A stretch of 64,000 nucleotides of DNA from Bigelowiella natans CCMP2755 (Eukaryota; Protista; Cercozoa), in the NCBI GenBank assembly GCA_000320545.1, contig ADNK01000063.1, positions 1 through 64,000 of the forward strand. The letters run 5' to 3'. Positions 24,582 to 36,900 of this stretch are shown in pieces. The notes beneath the pieces are model-generated. The model saw only the letters and a list, made by a program, of their open reading frames with translations, did no database searches and was not told where the DNA came from. A program made the translations under genes and the position numbers. Position 1 is the first letter of the stretch; each line of letters opens with the position of its first letter.

Positions 24582-25864
24582 TATGGTCAAACTTCTTAGC
24601 ATCATGCGTTAAGGGAGATAAACTTATTCTTGTTCGTACGCAAGAATTTGACTCATGCTGTAACAAACATCGAAGCACAACATGTAGCCTGCGGGGTCGG
24701 AAATGTCGTCGGGTAATAATTCTCTTAAGGGAATAATAATTCTACTCAAGTTCACACAGTATTCAACATCGAATCATAGTATTTATATTTTGAAGTCAGA
24801 TTATTCACAGCGACAACGGTGTATGTATACAATGATATTGCCTTGCGATGCGACTTTAGCCTCATCGCGGGCCAGTATCAATCATCATTTTGATGGTTGA
24901 TTTTGTGGTCCTTTCAGTGATTAAAAATGACATTTTTCGTTATCATCATTTTTCATTTCTTCGTCGTTTTCATCTAATCAAATTATTTGTGTTGTTCTTG
25001 TTTTGCGTACAGGAACAAGGGTGGCGTGGCAGTCTCTATCAATCTCTACGATACAAAGTTATGCTTTGTAACATGTCATTTGGCCGCACGCTCAGAACGA
25101 CTGGATGAGAGGAGAAATGACTTTCGGAGAATTTGCAAAGAAATGAGTCTTGGCACCCAGTCTATGGACATGCTATCCCAGTTTCATCATGTCTTTTGGT
25201 TTGGAGATCTTAATTATCGAACGGTAGTACTATCTTATTGACTTTTGACCATATTTTAAATTTGCATCCTTTAATACTGAGATCCTACACCATTCGAGTG
25301 TGTGTGTGTGTGTGTGTGTGATAATAACCACTAAGTGTAATAATACATACATGTCACCTCTTTAGGTCGGAGAGTTTTCTGACATCCAAACGATATGGAA
25401 AGGATGCAAGGAAACAGTAAATTAGATTCGAAATATTTTTTATTTCTTAATAAATATTTATATGATTGATAGTTGATATTCATACTCATGAATACAGGGA
25501 GAATGGAAGGAAATGTGGGATACAGACCAACTGAAAGGCGAAAGGGAAAAGAAAAGAGTGTTTTATGGCTTTGTTGAGGTTGTTGTTACACATTTTATAC
25601 ACAAACATTAGTGTACTTTAGTTGCTTTCTCGAAAACATGCACGCAGAAGAAATATGTATTGAAAACTTTAAATTTTGGGATGCACTTACACAAGCAAGC
25701 AAGCATGTCTCTGGTCAGATGATAGATTGTCAATTCAGGGTCCCCTTCACTTTGGCCCCACGTATCGATTTAACAAGAAAAGTAACGAATTTAGCAACAA
25801 AAATTTCCAGAATCCTTCATGGACGGTATTTGGATATGTAGTACCACGAGTTTATCATCCTCAC

Positions 25865-25898
<34 letters not shown>

Positions 25899-25935
25899 GT
25901 CTATATCATCATTATTATTTACAGAGTGTGTACTT

Positions 25936-25968
<33 letters not shown>

Positions 25969-28343
25969 TGTTACGTTTGCCACTACTGGTAGGATCGTAT
26001 TCTCTACCACAGTCTACCGGGACTTAAAGTTGTGAGCAAAAACTACTACAGTGCTCCAAATGTATTTGGAAGGTGGTTATAGACAACAGCAGCAACAACA
26101 ACGATATTATCTCAAAAATGAATATATGTGTTTTGCTGTCTAAATCGATTGAAATTGTATGCATCTAGTTCCACATGCTTAGTTCTACTACTACTGATAC
26201 TACTAGTACTACGTAAGTAATACAATAACACTTCTTCCCCTTCTTCTTCTTCTTCTTCTTCTTCTTCTTCTTCTATCACAGTGACCACAGACCTGTGGCT
26301 AGCGTGTTCGAGTTCGTGCCTTTTCCAAGTGCTGATGTACTTCAACCGACCCTCGAGAGGTGTTACTACTACCACCACTACTACTACTATAGTTGTCCTA
26401 CCGATGATAGCTTTAGTCGAATAATGGTAGTAGTGGTAGAAGTAGTAGTAGTACCTTTGGTGCCAACATTGGTAGAAACATCTATCCCAACTAGTTATAA
26501 TTGAGAGAGGAGCAATACTACCACAACAACAACAATGATAATAATAAATTAATTGTGATAATCATCATCACATTATCCTGATCTCGCCATCTTCATCGTT
26601 AGGCGGTGCAAGGCCATGATGGCTGAAGTATCAGTGAGCAATATGACAATTAAGGTCGTCTACCATTCAATGTGTGGTTTCCTCTTACTTTCAGTGTTTC
26701 AACAACAACAACAACAAAGAGATAAAAATAATATTACACATCGTTCAAAAAAAGTACATATTTTGAGAAGGAGACAAATGTTATATTATAGAGGGAAGGA
26801 GAGAGAGTATACCTTGAAGAAGTATCATTGTACTGTACAAGACCAACCTATCTTCCAGATGATTGTTCGTGATTTATGTTCTATTATTTATGTGTGTGTG
26901 GGTGGTGTGCTTTACCGTGTGTTAATAAACAGCTTGACATGGAGTCCGAAGATATGAAAGATAAGGAAATATCAGAAATGACTAGCAGTTTGACTGTACT
27001 TTCAAGTGTAGATTCACCTCTACAATGGTTTGCTATGATGCAAAAGTCTAAGGTCGTTAGAACGATATGCTACTGCGAAAAGATTATGTTGATGATGATG
27101 ATGATGTCGCACGGTTAAACATACATAAATTCTTGTACATATTTTATAACCACAGAGTCCTACTTCTTCAATCTCATCCTCGCACTGGGCTGATAACTTA
27201 TCCGAAAAAAGGTCAGGGAATGATCATAGCTGTTTCTCACTTACTGTACTGTTTTCTGGTATATGATGATGATGATAATGATTATGGCGGTATTTGTCCA
27301 ATAATTCTCTTCTTCAACAGCACCGATCTGCTAATACAAGCAACCTTTCAGTCTGAAGTACTTGAAGCAAAGGTCTATTCTAATATGCACACGGAAAGGA
27401 GCCAGGGACTCCGAAACATCGTCATCATACTTGAAATGTTCTTGGCATAGTTAGACACGCCACAATTAAGACGTTGAGCGATAGTGTTAATCACTTATAA
27501 AATATTTTGTGGATTATTTATTACTACCCCATGGTTATTGTGTATATTATAGGTCACTGAAACGAGTAAGACGTTCAAGAAGGAGGAGAACAAATGGAAT
27601 TTTGGGTATATTATAGACGATGTCAAGAGGAGTCAAATTGAGTTTCTCGTTGTTCGTATTCATCTAATAAGGCTGAGTATATTTTAATTCACTATATCCT
27701 TTATTTAGTGTTGTAAAAATGCATCCATATCTGGTTTCTGAGCGGCACATCCATCGGCACTTTGTCAACGTTGCTCTTACCTTGCAAAATGCAGATGCAT
27801 CGCAACAGATGAGTTTGGGTATGTCACGTGAGAAAGGAACAAAAAAAAAGAAAAATGAAAAATTCGATTTTGTGTATAGATGATCCGCTCAAAGTATGTA
27901 TGTGCCTTAACAAGCATGATTCTTCTCTTAAGTGGCTGCTCTATCAATCCATGAATTCAGGATATGCTGTGATTCCACTGCTTGGAACCTGTAAGTCAAC
28001 AAGGACCCTCGAAGTTGATGTTATGCTTGCAGGGACTAGAGTAGCAACGGTGAGTGAGCTGCAACATGTTCTTTCTATCTATCTTCGTGAAAATCAATCT
28101 CCACTGACGCATGATGTTCTTTTCAACTGTTAGTTAAGTGCGGAAGTACGGTCCGCTTTACGCAAGAGAGTAGGGTACAAGCCAACCATTGCTAATCCAA
28201 TATTCGGAATTAGAGCACAGAGAGGGAAGCTTAGCTTAGGCCGTATGCCCTCTTCTATGGGTGCTATAAACGAAAATGTAGACAATTCGTCGGATGAAGA
28301 ACTGGAAAGAGCTCCTTCCTCACAGAGAACCAACTCCACATAG
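22192..28343 (+). CDS. Inositol polyphosphate 5-phosphatase with N-terminal PH-like repeats and a C-terminal C2-like region
   Basis: IGTWNV, IGLQE, NKGGV...CHLAA, WFGDLNYR, DQL, PTYRF...PSWT|DRIL, DHRPV; N-terminal units such as VHKSTKYGLRQDRYLLLD and FNVAKINKFGVLKERVIYID. Confidence 0.9.
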
Positions 28344-28843
28344 AAATCTTCACCACTTCACCACTCTGATGTGTAAATTAGCAGCAAACATCGACATGTT
28401 TCTTTGTTGACAAAGTGGTTGTGTTCCCTGGCTTATGCCCCTAACCTCCCCAATATGTTCACATGACGAAACAAAAACACGGAGTGCATGCAGTAAAACC
28501 AATTCTTGAGTCAAAACCTGTATTTGATTCAATAGCACACTCTACATGTGCAGGCATTCATTCAATGCATGAAATGCACGACATAAATGCAGCATGAGCG
28601 ATACGACATCATTCGAAATCAATGGAGTTCTGATATCTAACATCTATCGGACACATAGCAATGCGAGGGCACTTTATTCCGCCGCGCGCCACCGCGGAAT
28701 TTGTTTCGATCATGCTACCTTGAAGATTGGCATGTGGAGCATGACGGAAAAAGTGGTGGGGTGTCGATCCAGCTACACATGTACTAGCTGTGCGCGCTCA
28801 TCAGCAGTGCGCATTGAACAAGCTAGCCATCCAGCCATGGTTT

Positions 28844-30099
28844 TGGAGCTGGGCACAAATGCTTGAAAACAAATATGTTTGCAAAAACATTTGAACAAAC
28901 ATAAATCAAATACTTGTTTCAAGCGCTCTCGCGCAAGTGTTTGAACAAATCAAACAATGGTTTGCAGGTGTTTGGTGTTTGCAGACATTTTTTTGTTTGT
29001 TCAAATGCATTTGCAAACATTTTTGTTTTCAAGTGTGCCATGCGATGCCCAGCTCTGGCGCTCTGCTAGCTGGCATGTGCAATGCGTGGTGCGTGGCGCG
29101 ACAAGTGTGGATTGCGCACGGACGATCGATCACAGGCTGGGCAGCGCGTGCGCATTGCAGTTGCGATGCACAGCACACCTCAGACATGTGCGTCTGTCAC
29201 GTAATTGCAACGCCACTTTCAGTTCTGCAAAAAATCTTGCTTGCGAACTTCAGCAGCAGAGCATGCGGCATGCGGTGCACGCGGCTCATTGGCTTGGAAC
29301 TGCGCTTGGCTTGCATCGTGCCAGCTGGCTGGCATCACTGATGTGTGTGTTGTCAAGTGCATGAAATTGCATTTTCATTTTGCAACATTGCCAAATTGCG
29401 CTGCTTGAACGTGGAATGTGTGAGCATGTGAGCATGAGTGTGACAAAGTGCAGCTGCAGCTCACACGAGCTCCGAGATGCGTGCGCCAAGTTGCAAAGTG
29501 CAGGCGGCCCTTGCATGAGCGACACACCCACGCAATTCTGGAATTGCACAATCGGCCACGCATGACACACAAGCATGCAAGGTCAAAGCACTTGCGCACA
29601 AACGTGCAAAGCTGCAGCAACATTGTGATGGACACGTCGTGCAATGTGCAACTTGCTAGCTTGTGCACAACAACGTGACTGTGTCCACAATGAGCACGTC
29701 CGCAAATCAGCAACAGACATGTCATGTGATGCACATCTCACGTGCAACATGACTTTGTCCATTGTTCATCATTGCGATGCTCAAGTGTGTGATGAGTGTG
29801 TGAGCACGAGTGTGACAAGTGACGAAGTGCAACACAACGCACAAATTGTTTCAATGCATGACCATTCGAAAACGTTTCAAATTGTTTGCAAACAATTCCA
29901 CAGGAAAACGTTTGCAAACAATTTCCGCAAGAAAAATGTTTGCAAACACGTTTGCAAATGCCTTTTCTTGTTCGAACATTGTTTGAACAAACCAAGTGCT
30001 GGTTTCGCGACACGTGGGCATTGTTTGTTCAAATTGGACACTTGTTTGGAAAAAACAAAAGTGTTTCCAAACAAAAAAAATTGTTTGTGCCCAGCTCCA
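28844..30099. mobile_element. Non-autonomous hAT-type DNA transposon relic (1256 bp)
   Basis: 16-bp TIRs TGGAGCTGGGCACAAA; 8-bp flanks CATGGTTT / CATGGTGT (7/8 match); A/T-rich subterminal repeats (TTTGCAAACA); a third internal TIR copy at ~29046-29057. Confidence 0.8.
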
Positions 30100-30460
30100 C
30101 ATGGTGTGCCTGTCAGCAGGGGCAGTGCCAGCAGATCGAGAGTGCTGCTGCATGTCATCGCAAGGCAAACACACGTCATTCTTCGCTCAGTGACAATCAC
30201 AATGACAATGATGCGCGCGGATGCAGCTGGACACAGCAGAGCAGCTAGCGACACACAGTCTTGCATGCAACCACATCTGGACATGCGCATGCATGCGTCT
30301 AGATGTGGACAGCATGGTCTTGCAAGTGCGTGGTGCGCGTGCTGGCGTGTCTGCACATGCGCATCCTGTGGTCGGTCATGACCACCAAGCGTGTGCTTGC
30401 ATTTGTGATGCAGTTCAGTTTTGGTAGCAGTGTGTTAGATCATGCTGGGGGGACAAAATG

Positions 30461-30756
30461 AGTTAGCAAGTTCATCATTTTGGCCCCGCTTGGGCCAGTG
30501 CGAAAGCAGTTAGCAAGTTTTGGCATTTTGGCCCCGCTTGGGCCAGTGCGACATGGAAAAAGTTGGGTTGCAAAAGGGAACTTTTGCAGCACAAGTCAGC
30601 GAAGTGATGTTGGGAAAAAAATGTTGTTTTTTCAATCCAAAAACAGCGTGATGTGATGTGTTCAACTGAGCTAGTTGAAGCAAAGTGAAACGCACACGCA
30701 AAAGTCAAAAGACCCGCGTGCGAGCGGTGAAGTCAAAAGACCCGCGTGCGAGCGGC
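30461..30756. repeat. Short tandem duplications (47-bp and 28-bp units) in a TE-derived block
   Basis: AGTTAGCAAGTT...TTTTGGCCCCGCTTGGGCCAGTGCGA twice (30461, 30508); AAGTCAAAAGACCCGCGTGCGAGCGG twice (~30702, ~30730). Confidence 0.8.
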
Positions 30757-31359
30757 AATGTCCTCTTGGGAGCTTGTTTTGGCATGCATGCTCAAGCTCC
30801 TCACAATGCATTTTCATCACAAGGGTTTCAGTGTTTTGTTTTCAATGAGCATTGATTGCATCAACGTGCAATGCAAGCATCAGCCAGCAGCGCATCTGTT
30901 GGCTGATTGCACATCCATGCCAGCATGGCTAGCAGCGCAGATGGGTGTCAGAGCTGTGGATCGAGTGACTGACCGACATCGTCATGGCGGTCACCAGATC
31001 ACACGTGAATTTTCACACGTTCTCATTTTTCGAATGAATGGCGATTTTTGACACGCACCACAGCGCAACGTGCAAAAACACGTGCACGCGATGCGCGCGC
31101 GCGACATTGTTGCAGTTGAACGAATGCGTCCGCTTCGGCACGGCAGATGAATTTCATGTGGAATTTGGGAAAAAGAATTGTGCAAAAATTCCTACACATT
31201 CCATCTGGAACCGCAAACCTGCCGTGCCAGCGCGGTTTGAACAAGGCTGTCTGACTGTGGGCAAAGTGAAAAAGCTAGCTAGTCAATTTTGCTGCCCATG
31301 CCACGTCAACAGAGAATGACCACTCATGTTGTTGTAGCTGCACAGCATGCTTTGCATCA

Positions 31360-31637
31360 GGGCGCCCCAGAGCTCAAGCAGGGGGGCGGAAATGAGGCGG
31401 GGTCCTGCGGCAAAGCAGGGTGCACTTTGTGCGCGGTGCAGATTTCACTGATTTTCAGAAAAATGCTGTGCTTTGGCTTGGCAAAGTGTGGAACAGAAAT
31501 GGCTCGCGCGCCAAGAGAAGCCATTTCCGCAGGTCCACTTCGGCCGGCGGCGCTCGGCAGGGCCTCACTAGCTCAGAGCGCCTGCGATTGCCGTTGCCGG
31601 AACCTAGCGCGCGCCCCCATTGAGCTCCAGGACGCCC
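31360..31637. mobile_element. GC-rich MITE-like element with 18-bp TIRs
   Basis: Left GGGCGCCCCAGAGCTCAA versus right (reverse complement) GGGCGTCCTGGAGCTCAA; no clear TSD. Confidence 0.6.
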
Positions 31638-32606
31638 ATCTAGCCATCACTAGATCAGACTTGCGCAGAGCTTGTGATGATGATGTCGCATCATGCATGC
31701 AGCTGCATGTGCATGCGCTAGCACGTACTAGAGCATGGCATGATCGCATGATCGATGTCTAGATGTGTCTACATCTAGATGTTGCAATGTTGCTACGTGC
31801 GTGTCCACACATCTCTAGATCTAGACATCCATGGCGACATGTCATGCATGCACATCGTAACGCATCACAAACGCACATTCTAGCATTCCTAGATTCTGCA
31901 GTGCTAGAGTGTTGTGTGCTGTGTCCGCACAGCTCTAGCTAGAGCTAGACAGTCCTAGCAGATTAGAGTCCTAGAGTCCAATGGTCCACAATGGTGTCTC
32001 TTTGTGCAATCCTATAGCACGCATGCATAAGAGTTCGAGCTCTATGTTGAATCAACTTCCTGCATGATGCGGATTGCGTTGCGTTGCGTGCCGCCAAGCA
32101 ATGAATGTGTGCGATGCGCCACACGCTACGCGCGCGCAAATACACACACACACACACACACACACACGCGCGGCGCGCGCGCACAGTCTCTCACTATCAC
32201 AACGGTAGATCATGGATATCAAGTATCAACAACGTGAATCCAAATGAGAAGTTCGTTTTGGAAGTATCAAGCATGCTCTTCATCTATTTCGATGCCTGAT
32301 TCAGGACTAACTAATTGACCACGTGCAAAATCACCACTCGCTCTACCCGAGAGTTAACACTAATTGAAATCGTGACAGAAATTGTGCAAGTCGCACAAAA
32401 CGTTGTGGATGTTAGAGACGGAATTGAACAAACAAATATAATGGGTGTTTTTCATTACGCTGGTCCTACTCGCCCATTCCTCCTTCAGTAGCCGAGCATT
32501 AATATTGCTTCTTCTAGTGTTAACCTTCAATTGCTAGATCATGTTTTAGTGTGAGGTGCAAAGTCCATGTATTTTGTGCCTCCTATTCATGATCTTCCAG
32601 TACGTG

Positions 32607-32985
32607 TTATATTTTCATTTTGGACATTCGCCAGTGCCTCCTTTTGTAATTGAACCTGAAAAGAAGCGGCATCAGCGTGTTGATTTCCAATATTTTTCTT
32701 TCATGATATTACGATGTTCCTTTTCCCTGTTTCATATATTTGACTCTTAGCCAGCCAGGAACCTCCCGGTTTTTCTTCAATCGCCTATGTAACTTCATTT
32801 TTGTCTTGAAAGTTTTGTGGGCAGCCTGGAATCAATGAAATCATGAAGTAAGCATCATCAAAATAAATGCTAAAAATAATAACCTGAATTTGATGGTGGC
32901 CAGTTTCGTTGTACATATTGCGGAGTGCCATCCACACCGCAACGAGGGTACAGAAAAACAGTGCAAGGCACCTGCGAGGCGCCAT
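32607..32985 (-). CDS. RPL39: Ribosomal protein eL39 with N-terminal signal peptide and short transit-like leader (87 aa, 3 exons)
   Basis: Exons 32985-32884, 32825-32713, 32655-32607 with GT-AG introns of 58 and 57 nt: MAPRRCLALFFCTLVAVWMALRNMYNETGHHQIQ|AAHKTFKTKMKLHRRLKKNREVPGWLRVKYMKQGKGTS|FNYKRRHWRMSKMKI*. Confidence 0.9.
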
Positions 32986-33559
32986 TACATGTGAGAAATA
33001 ATTTTTCGTGCGAGCCGTGAGAAAGAAAGAATACTGGAATTCTCTTCTTCGAAAATATCGGACGACAAGAAGAAGACAAATCAGAAACATTCTCCCGCCA
33101 ATTTTCTATCAAAGTACTGATGAGCCGATGATGAATCTATTTGTCAAAAATTCTCTCAGTGAACTTTCTATTGTCTCTAGAGAAGATTTCATTTGGTTTT
33201 ACACCCTAACGGTTTTCACTTCTGGGATTCCCGATAAATATGGAACAGAGAAGATCTGAAAGCTTGGTACATTTGTCTCTTGGTTCTGTTTCAGCACGCA
33301 GACCTTTGCAGATAGACAGCAGCATGATCCCGATGTCGTAGCATCAAAACGACATCTATTTATCAAACGGGAACTAAAGATCTTCACAGATCGATCGGAG
33401 GGGAGTGTACCTCCTGTCAACTCTGTCAGCTGTCGTTGTGTAAGGTGGAGTTGTTGGACGGACTACCAAAAGAGAGGGAACAACTGCGCGCTGAAACTGT
33501 ACTCCTTCCTTTTCTTAATACGAAATCAAGCATCTGAACTCAGCTCTAAAAAAGCAGAG

Positions 33560-36024
33560 ATGTCGAAGGTCCAATTTTCATCATTTTCGAAAGATTGGAA
33601 CGATGACCTTGTGTTTTCCCCAGGCTCCATCATCACTTAAGCAGTCTCACTCACCCTTAAAAATCAACAAACGAGGATGGGTTCTCCTATTTTTGACATT
33701 TTCATCATATATTTTGGAAATATGATTCATGCAAACATACAGCAGGGTAATAATAATAAGGGCTGCTATCCGGCAAGGCATACTTTCTTGGATATTCTGG
33801 ATGCTCTGTCATTTGGACCCAACGAAGATGGTTTACTTTCTGATTTTATTTGGGTGTAGTAGGAACATGACATAATCTCATATTATCAGATTCGAAAAAT
33901 CGTGCAGAAAAGAGTAAAAGCAAGCTGGATGCTCAGTCTACCCTTCTTTCATCCGAGGATGATGCGTTTCAAGAATCTCCAAGTACTACCGAATCAAAGC
34001 TATGCAATCAAAACGAAACAATTAAACCCAACCCAATTCATTCAGGGTTTCTCCTCTCGGGATTAGAAACTCGATCAAGCCCATCATCAAGCAGCGCGTC
34101 AACAAAGTCCCTCGAGTCTCCTGGTGAAACACTTTGTATCTTGGTACCAATCTCAGCTCTAAATGCATAAAATATGTTTGGATTTGGATTTACAGAAGGA
34201 GGAAATCTTAATCCATGTGCTCCAAAGCTCAGCAATATCCAAAGACTTAGTGATGGACACGCACTAACTCTCTCTGAAGATATTGGAAGCAGCATGAGCC
34301 TAGACCAAAATCCTTATCATCCTCGTCAAGTACGCATAGGGAGGCCTCGCAAGCGAGCTGTTTCATGGAAACAACAGTTACCAGGACAATCCTATGCTCC
34401 ACCACAGAACCGAGATAACAAAAGTAAGGAAAATTTAAGACCAAAAAGGAAAATGAGAAGAATCTTGTGCGAAATTGAGGTATTGACCATTAAGTCTTGT
34501 TCGTTTTGGGTTAATTAAACTTGGATTTTATTTTAGGGAGGCCAGTTCTTCGGAGCAAAAAGCTGTCCGAATAAATTATATAACCAATTTAGTGATTGTG
34601 AGAAGGGAAATTTAAAGAGTAAAAGGATAAAAGACTCTTCCAATCGCCGTTCATTAGTAGCAGCAAAAACGCCTGCAAATTTTGACTGGATAGAAACATT
34701 CTCTCAAAAACTGGAGCCGCCGCAGGAGCAGCAGGAGGAGTCTTATCGAGAGTTGAAGCTTTGTCATTACTCCACAGCTTCCGATCTTACACATGAAAAT
34801 AGTTATCAGAAGGAATATGCTCACATTAAATTTGGGCGAAGATCGGTATCATCAATGCAAGCTATAGCAGAAGGGAAAACGAAATCCAACAATGGATTAC
34901 CAAGAGAAATACGTCCGGCAGAACGAACACCATTACCATCACCCCCACTAGTAGTTCTGAAACAATCTCAAAGCGATCCATATTCTTTATTAAAACATTC
35001 AAAAATGCAGAAGACAGCAATGCATAAAGAACGACAGTCAATTATGAAACGCTCTCAAAGCGTAACATTAGCCGGGATGCAAGTAGACATGAACTCATCC
35101 ACAACCCCCAAATTACCGGTTGTCAAGACAGATCATGAAGGCGTTCAGGTCTTGAGCCAATATCGTTGTATGTCATATTTGGAATCATTATAGAATCTAA
35201 TTATAATTACTGATTTTCAAAGGCAATTTCTGCAAGAACTGTAGCTCAAATCCTAAAGGGAAAATTCTCCCATCTATTCGACAAAGTTATCTTGTGTGAC
35301 GCTCGATATCCATATGAGTACAATGGAGGTAAGCTATAATCTTCTAGTTTTCTATACAACTAGATATTTTCCTGAATACATAGAGAGATTGTTTATTTTC
35401 TCAGGCCATATTCGGGGAGCTGTGTGCACAACATTACCTAGTTCATTGGATCGATTGCTGTTCAATAACACTGACATAATGAGTGTGAGTCTGACACATC
35501 AGTTTATCTACCCGTATCAAATATCTACTGCCAAGTTCTTATGTTCTTTCTGTGGTTGTTGCTTGGTATTGATTGACTTGGAATGTCAGGATGATCCATG
35601 CAAAGTGTGTGTAGTAGCTCACTGCGAATTTAGTGCTAACCGTGGCCCCCGAGCTGTTCGTTACATTCGGAGAAAGGATAGAGACCTTCATGGAATTTCC
35701 AACTTTCCCAAACTCTACTATCCTGAACTTTACCTCATGAAGGGGGGCTATTTGGTAGGAATAACAGTGTTTCGACAACTTTACATTATTTTTGAGTATC
35801 TTTTCTTCGCAGGAATTTTACTCTCAGTTTCCAGAATTGTGTGAACCTCCCGGGCACCTACCCATGATTCATCCAATTTGGCGAGACAGCTGCAAGAGGT
35901 AAAAGTGGATTTCACACGTGACGGCAGCATGAATAACATTTTGAATGCCATTAGGTGGACGAAAGAAACACGAAAGCAGTGGGGTCTACTAAAACGACGC
36001 GGAGCAAGGCCAATTCGGGACTGA
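33560..36024 (+). CDS. CDC25: Cdc25-type M-phase inducer phosphatase (rhodanese fold) with long Ser-rich N-terminus
   Basis: [10 protein letters not shown]|GHIRGAV; active site [10 protein letters not shown] (HCx5R); [14 protein letters not shown]|[12 protein letters not shown]. Start approximate. Confidence 0.9.
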
Positions 36025-36059
36025 ATGCGTTGCATGACTTCCAAATCCAACAAGTGCCA

Positions 36060-36900
36060 ACACGTCAAAGTGTTTCCAAGTTCAATTGAATTGTGAAATG
36101 TACCAGACGTTGCACAGAAAGAACACTTGCGGATTTGGTTCCGTCCGCTTGCATCACACGCGATGCGCATGTGGTGCTTCGATCGAAACAAGCATTCGGA
36201 ATGCCAAAATGGCTAGCTGTGCGTGTGTGTCTCCATCCACCTTGCGCTGCGCTGACAACTCTCTCATCACCCGCTTCCGGCTAGCTGGCCACGCTGGCAC
36301 GTTGCATCATGCATCCGATGCGCACACCGCTCTAGCTAGCGCTGGCTTCAGCAAGCGTTCACACACCTGCGTTTCAAGTTCATGCAGACCTTGCTAGCTT
36401 GGTTTGTTCGTCAGTCTAGCAGGAGTTGATGACGGATCAGCAGCCCCCATTCTAGCATTCCCTCTGATCCTGAGCAATGGCGACTTTGCAATGTGCAAAT
36501 GTGCCAGCACCACGAATTTTCATTTTTTTTCACGCGGACTTCGACATTCGCTTCTCCGCACGCAAAGCATCCATCCTGAGCAAGAACTTCCTGATGGCCA
36601 CGTCCACACGGAGATCAACGTCAGGGACAGCCGAGGGGGTGCCGAGCAAGACTCTGGTTTTGACAGAATCAGGGGCATCAAAAAATGAAGAGCAAGCAAG
36701 GAGGTGCAGGGCCGAAAGCTGCTCTGATGCCAGAACAGTTGTCGCAGTTGCAAAAGACAAACACAGAGCAATCAGTTTCACCTCCTTCAAAGAGGCTTTT
36801 TGTCCCAAATGGAGCAACTTTTTTTATGTCTTGATGCCAGAAAAGCAATCATTTTGAAAATTTCACTTTAAAGAATAGCCAGACACATGGCCTGTGAGAC
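36060..36900. other. TpA-depleted block containing a decayed-looking ORF (36530-36817, minus)
   Basis: Almost no TpA outside CTAG; the minus ORF reads like a helical protein but has no recognisable motif. Confidence 0.4.

Noticed and set aside
28840-31700. CpG methylation decay as the cause of TG/CA excess
   Set aside because: CpG is abundant (GCGCGC, CACG, TCGA); the missing dinucleotide is TpA.
28937-31762. Cys/His-rich ORFs as real genes (also 8.7-9.9 and 43.7-45.0 kb)
   Set aside because: They overlap in all frames, lack motifs and are explained by loss of TAA/TAG.
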